From contig JBEPYO010000001.1 of the NCBI GenBank assembly GCA_041641295.1, positions 992,001-1,056,000 on the forward strand: a stretch of 64,000 bases of DNA. The letters run 5' to 3'. This document shows, in pieces, positions 59,726-64,000 of the stretch; within the stretch, counting starts at the first letter, position 1; each line of letters starts with the position of its first letter. The position numbers and the translations under genes were made by a program. The notes under the pieces are model-generated. The model was not told the origin of the DNA and made no database searches. It was given only the letters and a program-made list of their open reading frames with translations. Origin of the DNA: Nitrososphaerota archaeon. GTDB lineage: Archaea; Thermoproteota; Nitrososphaeria_A; Caldarchaeales; Calditenuaceae.

Positions 59726-60077
59726 TCCCGGCGTTTCCCTGTCTGGGAAAAAATATAAAAATTGTATATCAGCTACCAAGCCCTAAACACTCTACCACTC
59801 CCCGCCATTATGTAGTCTTGGCGCTATTACGTTCCCTATCTCTCCATTCTTAGTGTAGGCAGGGTTGTTTTAAGGAGTCTATGCATTGACTGGGGCTGCG
59901 GCCTCTGCTGCTTTCACATGTCTGAGTTGTGTTGCTGGGGGTTATTTTCGCCTTGGTGCATATTCCTTTATATCTGTGCAGTTTTCAGTGTTTTTGGATG
60001 GCTCCGTTGGTCTGTGGGGCTGTCTCCCCGCCAGCCGGTGAATCGATGAAGCTGGTGGCGAGAGATGGCAGGTTGAG

Positions 60078-60197
60078 ATGGACAGGCATAGGCGGGTCTA
60101 TATTCTGAAGAGGCTGAGGCCGATGCTGGAGAAGGCAAAGGAACTCCTCATAAAGAGGGAGGATGACACAGCAATGGTGAAACCCCTACAATTCTAG
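60078..60197 (+). pseudogene. Possible AbrB/MazE-like antitoxin remnant
   Basis: (VE)MDRHRRVYILKRLR...LLIKRE...MVKP resembles a degenerate D-x2-GR-x2-IP swapped-hairpin motif; no toxin partner seen. Confidence 0.35.
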
Positions 60198-60302
60198 CCA
60201 GTTTAGCTTCCTTGGCTCAAGTTCTGCCTGGTGTGCATCAAGCTTAGTAGCATTGAAGTTATTTATCGATACCATTATATGCACATCTTCTATCCCTTTT
60301 AG

Positions 60303-61967
60303 ATGCTTGAATCATTGAAGAGGCCTATTCACAGGCGTGAAACCCATAAGAGCGTCGAAGGGCTGAGACTTTCCAATATAGTTGAGAATGTTTCGTTGCG
60401 TGAAAAGGTAGAGAAACTTCTAAACAGGCATTATCACGGAGATACACTATCGCGTAGGGATCTGATGTGGCTTGAGAGCTGTAATGAGTGCATGCCTAAC
60501 ATAGTTCAAATACCACATACGGGTACTTTAAAGATACTGGCCTTCTCCGACTACAGGATACATGAAATCGAGGAACTCTTCCACCTTCTAAGACGGCTTA
60601 ATGAGAAGCCGGACTTGATAATATATGCTGGAGACGATGTAGATAGATTTGCCCCCCTGCCTAAAGAACTAGCGTCATTCTACTTTAGTGATGAAGAACT
60701 CGAGGTTGCGGGGATCTCGGATGGTAGAAGTGTATGGACGAGTGCCGAAAACGGTTTTGCCCTACGGTTACCCGCGGAGGGTGCGGATGAGAGTGTCGCT
60801 AGGAGTAGAATCCTAAAAGTTATGGAGTTTATCGAGAGGCTTTACAGGAAGCGCTCCGAGACCAAGATTCTACAGGAGGACCATCTCAAGGAACTGCTCT
60901 CAGAATATCCAACATTTCAAATCAGACGCAATATTTCTGAGTTAACGCAGATCCATGGGGACCATATAGACGTTATAGACTGCAATACGGGAAATATCGT
61001 ACTCAGCTTCCACGAGTCAGATTCAGAGGGTCTTAATCCTTGCTACCGTTCGTGGTACTTTGACCTTTATCTAATGATTGAGAAGTACGGCCCCTCATCC
61101 ATTAACATCAAAATGATACATAAAGACGGTAGGTTTGCTTACTTTTATATCTCGTGGTGGAAGGATAACAATCTATTCGAAGAACTGGCGAGTTATGCGA
61201 AATATGGACTTGTAGCTGTGATAGGCAACGACGATAGGTCTCCTGACAGATTAAGGATTCATGGCAGAAATGTCTACGAGGCGCATAACACATGGATCAG
61301 TTTAGGCCCACTCCTCATCATCGGGGTTGAAGGGTCTACGTGCGGCATGGGATCATCTGGTAATTATAGTGAAGGGAGTGTGAGGTTGAGGCTTGAGCTT
61401 GCCCGCGAACTTTCAGAAGTTGAAAGCAAGAAGCTCCTGATAGTTTCGCACTCTCCTCCGAGGGGAGTTCTGGATAGGGCGCTGCGCTTCGGCGACGAAC
61501 CTATCGGCAGTCTAGCTCTCAGGGACTTTCTGGAGGAGTACGATAACGTCTCGCTGGTGATCTGCGGCCACGTCCATCGCTGCGGCGGGAGACATGAGAG
61601 AGTAAACTCAACGGTTGTTGTCAACGCGGGCTCACATGACGACCCATTCAGTAGGGCGAACGTTGCGTGGATAACCCTGAATCAAGACGGCCATGTGGAG
61701 GATGTGAGGTGGTTTAAGACCCCATCGCTCCTAGAGACGATTTTAACGAGGTATGAGGGTGAGGAGAGGTACAGACTCCTTAAGGAAAAAGCCGAATTTT
61801 CCGACCAGGAGGCCGTTCTATTCGTAAGCGCCTATAATAGATTTGGTGACAAGCTCTTCGAGGACCTCGATAGCCTGGCCCACATCAAGTTTAACTATGG
61901 TTTCACGTGGGATAACATGTTCCGCCTTTACGAGCGCGGCGTTACTTCCGTTGAGTCGATAACCTAG
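60303..61967 (+). CDS. Calcineurin-like metallophosphoesterase with large insertion (5' part of an interrupted fusion gene)
   Basis: FSDYR, AGDD, GNDD, SHSPP, CGHVH motifs. Confidence 0.8.
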   Translation: MLESLKRPIHRRETHKSVEGLRLSNIVENVSLREKVEKLLNRHYHGDTLSRRDLMWLESCNECMPNIVQIPHTGTLKILAFSDYRIHEIEELFHLLRRLNEKPDLIIYAGDDVDRFAPLPKELASFYFSDEELEVAGISDGRSVWTSAENGFALRLPAEGADESVARSRILKVMEFIERLYRKRSETKILQEDHLKELLSEYPTFQIRRNISELTQIHGDHIDVIDCNTGNIVLSFHESDSEGLNPCYRSWYFDLYLMIEKYGPSSINIKMIHKDGRFAYFYISWWKDNNLFEELASYAKYGLVAVIGNDDRSPDRLRIHGRNVYEAHNTWISLGPLLIIGVEGSTCGMGSSGNYSEGSVRLRLELARELSEVESKKLLIVSHSPPRGVLDRALRFGDEPIGSLALRDFLEEYDNVSLVICGHVHRCGGRHERVNSTVVVNAGSHDDPFSRANVAWITLNQDGHVEDVRWFKTPSLLETILTRYEGEERYRLLKEKAEFSDQEAVLFVSAYNRFGDKLFEDLDSLAHIKFNYGFTWDNMFRLYERGVTSVESIT

Positions 61968-61985
61968 TCGGTCTTCAGAGAGGCC

Positions 61986-62819
61986 TTGGATGAGAGCCGC
62001 GGAATAGATAAGCTACATCTAAGGAATGCTTACGTGCGGGTCTTAAGGGAGCGGGAAGGCGGTAATATACGCCTGCTCAACTCCGTGCCCATTCCTCCCG
62101 CAGATCAGGTGGTTGTCTTCGACACAGAGTACTTGACCGACTCTGGAAGAGCGGAGGGTGTTCTTTACGGATTCTTGGACCTAGAGACCGGCGAGCTCAG
62201 GCAGTTCTGGTTCGACGAGAGGAGTGAGGCTCAGAAATACCTAGACACCAAATGTGATAAGGTCTTCGTCTTTTGGGGTGGCGCGGACAGAAAAATACTG
62301 CACGAGGAGCTTAAAATCCAAGCGCAAACGCTCAATTTGTTGGCACGCGTTCAAACGAGCCTCATCGCTCCAATATCCTCAACAGAGCTCCGCGAGGTTC
62401 ACGACATACTATACGGCTCTTTAAAGGAAGAGAAGTTCTGGAAACACTCGTTCTATGAGATGGATGGAATACTGAAAGGGGCACTATGCAGAAGGATTCT
62501 AAAAAATCCGGGCGATGTGGAGGCCCGCAGAAAGCTTGCTGATGTAAATAAGGCCGACATACTTGCATTACAGCATGTAATGGAGAAGATTGTGCAGTTG
62601 CAGATTGGTGCCCAGCTCTCCCCCCACTCTCCGGCTAGAGCGGGGGAGCAGGCTCCGCAAATACCTGAACATCCCATAGTGACTAAAGATAGGTTCAGTG
62701 AGATAATTCATTCACTAATGGATAAGAGGAGAAGACTGCATAAAAAGGGAGGACCCAAATCACAGAGTCGCAAAAGAAAGCGTATGCGGCGCCGCCTCAG
62801 GGTTAATTGGCGAGGCTAA
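61986..62819 (+). CDS. RNase H-fold DEDD (YprB-like) nuclease domain, in frame with 60303..61967
   Basis: VVFDTEY, FWGGAD, NKAD; same frame, separated by one TAG. Confidence 0.65.
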   Translation: MDESRGIDKLHLRNAYVRVLREREGGNIRLLNSVPIPPADQVVVFDTEYLTDSGRAEGVLYGFLDLETGELRQFWFDERSEAQKYLDTKCDKVFVFWGGADRKILHEELKIQAQTLNLLARVQTSLIAPISSTELREVHDILYGSLKEEKFWKHSFYEMDGILKGALCRRILKNPGDVEARRKLADVNKADILALQHVMEKIVQLQIGAQLSPHSPARAGEQAPQIPEHPIVTKDRFSEIIHSLMDKRRRLHKKGGPKSQSRKRKRMRRRLRVNWRG

Positions 62820-62913
62820 GAGTTCTTGAGGTTGACGAACCTATTTTACATTGAAAGGACTAGAATCGCAGCCTATCAAGAAAGTGGTATTGGGAAAGAA
62901 GAGATGAAGGGTC

Positions 62914-63363
62914 TCACCCTCTGGAGTGGTCACTACTTTTAGCCCTCTTTTTCCCGCTAATCTTCTCTACTTCTTTAGCCTTCTTGTAGAGACGGCCACC
63001 CGGAAGCCAGTCTTCAAATGTTTGGCGCTCATATTTCCATATGCGCCTAGTAACGCCAAGGCTTTGGAGAATCTTCCAGACGTCTTCCCTCACTCTATCG
63101 TCACAATATACGCACATTACGAGAGCCCCTTTGGCAAAGGGAGCAGGCTCCTTATTGTATTTCACCGAGTGGATCCTACCCTCTTCAACATAGCGATCTA
63201 GTTTTCTGGCGAGCTCCTCTAAGTACGCTCTATTTCGGCTGAAAATCAGCCATTTACCGAAATGTTGAAGATACTCCTTGATGTCTATCCCCTCAGCTTT
63301 TGGGCGCTGAGGTTTTGATGGACGAATCCAAACCCAATAATTGTCAGGATCATCTATTATCAT
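62914..63363 (-). CDS. eIF4E-like fold protein (DUF1917/Bles03 or phosphothreonine-lyase-like)
   Basis: GKWLIF...GRIHSVKY...VMCVYCDD...LQSLG...WKYERQT. Confidence 0.55.
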   Translation of the reverse strand: MIIDDPDNYWVWIRPSKPQRPKAEGIDIKEYLQHFGKWLIFSRNRAYLEELARKLDRYVEEGRIHSVKYNKEPAPFAKGALVMCVYCDDRVREDVWKILQSLGVTRRIWKYERQTFEDWLPGGRLYKKAKEVEKISGKKRAKSSDHSRG

Positions 63364-63405
63364 CTATCAGCACACTTTCTGGCTTCTTCTCTATATATCA
63401 CTTAA

Positions 63406-63975
63406 TCAGCCCCTCCTAAGCCTGAATACACCCACACTATTGTAATATATCAGCAACCATAAAGATTTTAATAAATCGCTTAGATTATGTCCGATAATCT
63501 TACCCAAGTATTCTTCCTTTCCCTCCCTGAGGTACTTTTTCCATAACCACGGAACTTTCTTTGACGGAATACGTTCTAAGCCAAGATACTTCTTTGAGAC
63601 TATTATAAGCTCATCAAGTTTGGGCCATTTTTCGCTCCTCTTTTCAGCTAATCCCTTCACCGGCCGGAAAAGGTCTTCCCCTCTCAATTCTATATGTAGC
63701 TTTTTGCTCAGGAATTTCTTCTCGAACTGCATGTTATACGCGTAGAACGGCCTATTCAATCCGCGGATGACTGAGCTGATGTGTGAGTAGAAGTGCTGTG
63801 GGCTCTCGGAAGTCCTTTGAATAATTATCAACCTATCCCCACTCACATAGCCGAGTGTTATTATCTCGTCCATGCTCACATCGCGTCCTGTTGTTTCTAT
63901 GTCTATCAGGGTCCCCCTTAACATTTTTACTGGTAGCTTGAACGATAGAGTTTTAAATGGTCTTCTACTGCCCAT
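63406..63975 (-). CDS. YprB-like RNase H-fold 3'-5' exonuclease
   Basis: LIDIETTG, YAYN-x2-FE, DL, VPWLW, HNLSD. Confidence 0.82.
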   Translation of the reverse strand: MGSRRPFKTLSFKLPVKMLRGTLIDIETTGRDVSMDEIITLGYVSGDRLIIIQRTSESPQHFYSHISSVIRGLNRPFYAYNMQFEKKFLSKKLHIELRGEDLFRPVKGLAEKRSEKWPKLDELIIVSKKYLGLERIPSKKVPWLWKKYLREGKEEYLGKIIGHNLSDLLKSLWLLIYYNSVGVFRLRRG

Positions 63976-64000
63976 GACTAGCGCCTCTTTACCTAAGTTG

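Noticed and set aside
40415-61967. Genome-wide amber (TAG) recoding suggested by in-frame TAGs at 40415, 40463, 41243 and 61965
   Set aside because: Conserved genes (alba, rps30e, tldD, trpA) end normally at TAG and no pyl genes are in the window; gene decay is simpler.
1-64000. CRISPR array, cas genes, rRNA or a tandem TIGR-type repeat array
   Set aside because: No regularly spaced repeats or recognisable cas/rRNA sequence seen by eye; the IS110-like locus has single hairpins, not an array.

Overview
Gene-dense window from a TACK-group archaeon. Alba, stand-alone S30e, class I LysRS, archaeal AspRS, GHMP-type shikimate kinase, PurP, an F420 enzyme and a TackOD1 protein point to a thermophilic Caldarchaeales/'Aigarchaeota'-like organism; this placement is inference. 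Most of the window is housekeeping: tRNA-Val(CAC), scattered nuoA/H/I and nuoM-like genes, a Zn/Mn ABC transporter, Cu and sulfur handling genes, trpDCFBA, two purP genes, acs, pth2 and aroK. No CRISPR array or rRNA was seen. Main leads: (1) a lower-GC element at about 36.5-38.1 kb encodes a divergent IS110/Nop-like protein that appears to lack the usual catalytic serine, followed by a ~140-nt hairpin with a symmetric 12x12-nt internal loop, a candidate bridge/seek/guide RNA; (2) two unannotated, mutually similar ~20-aa Lys/Arg microproteins 21.7 kb apart have similar promoters; (3) a lower-GC island at 60-64 kb carries a metallophosphoesterase-DEDD nuclease fusion split by one in-frame TAG, an eIF4E-like (DUF1917-type) protein and a second YprB-like nuclease; (4) NuoI has a ~130-aa insertion; (5) several genes probably start at CTG or ATA; (6) a possible Trp-containing leader ORF precedes the trp operon. 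All family calls come from motif recognition by eye, not database searches.
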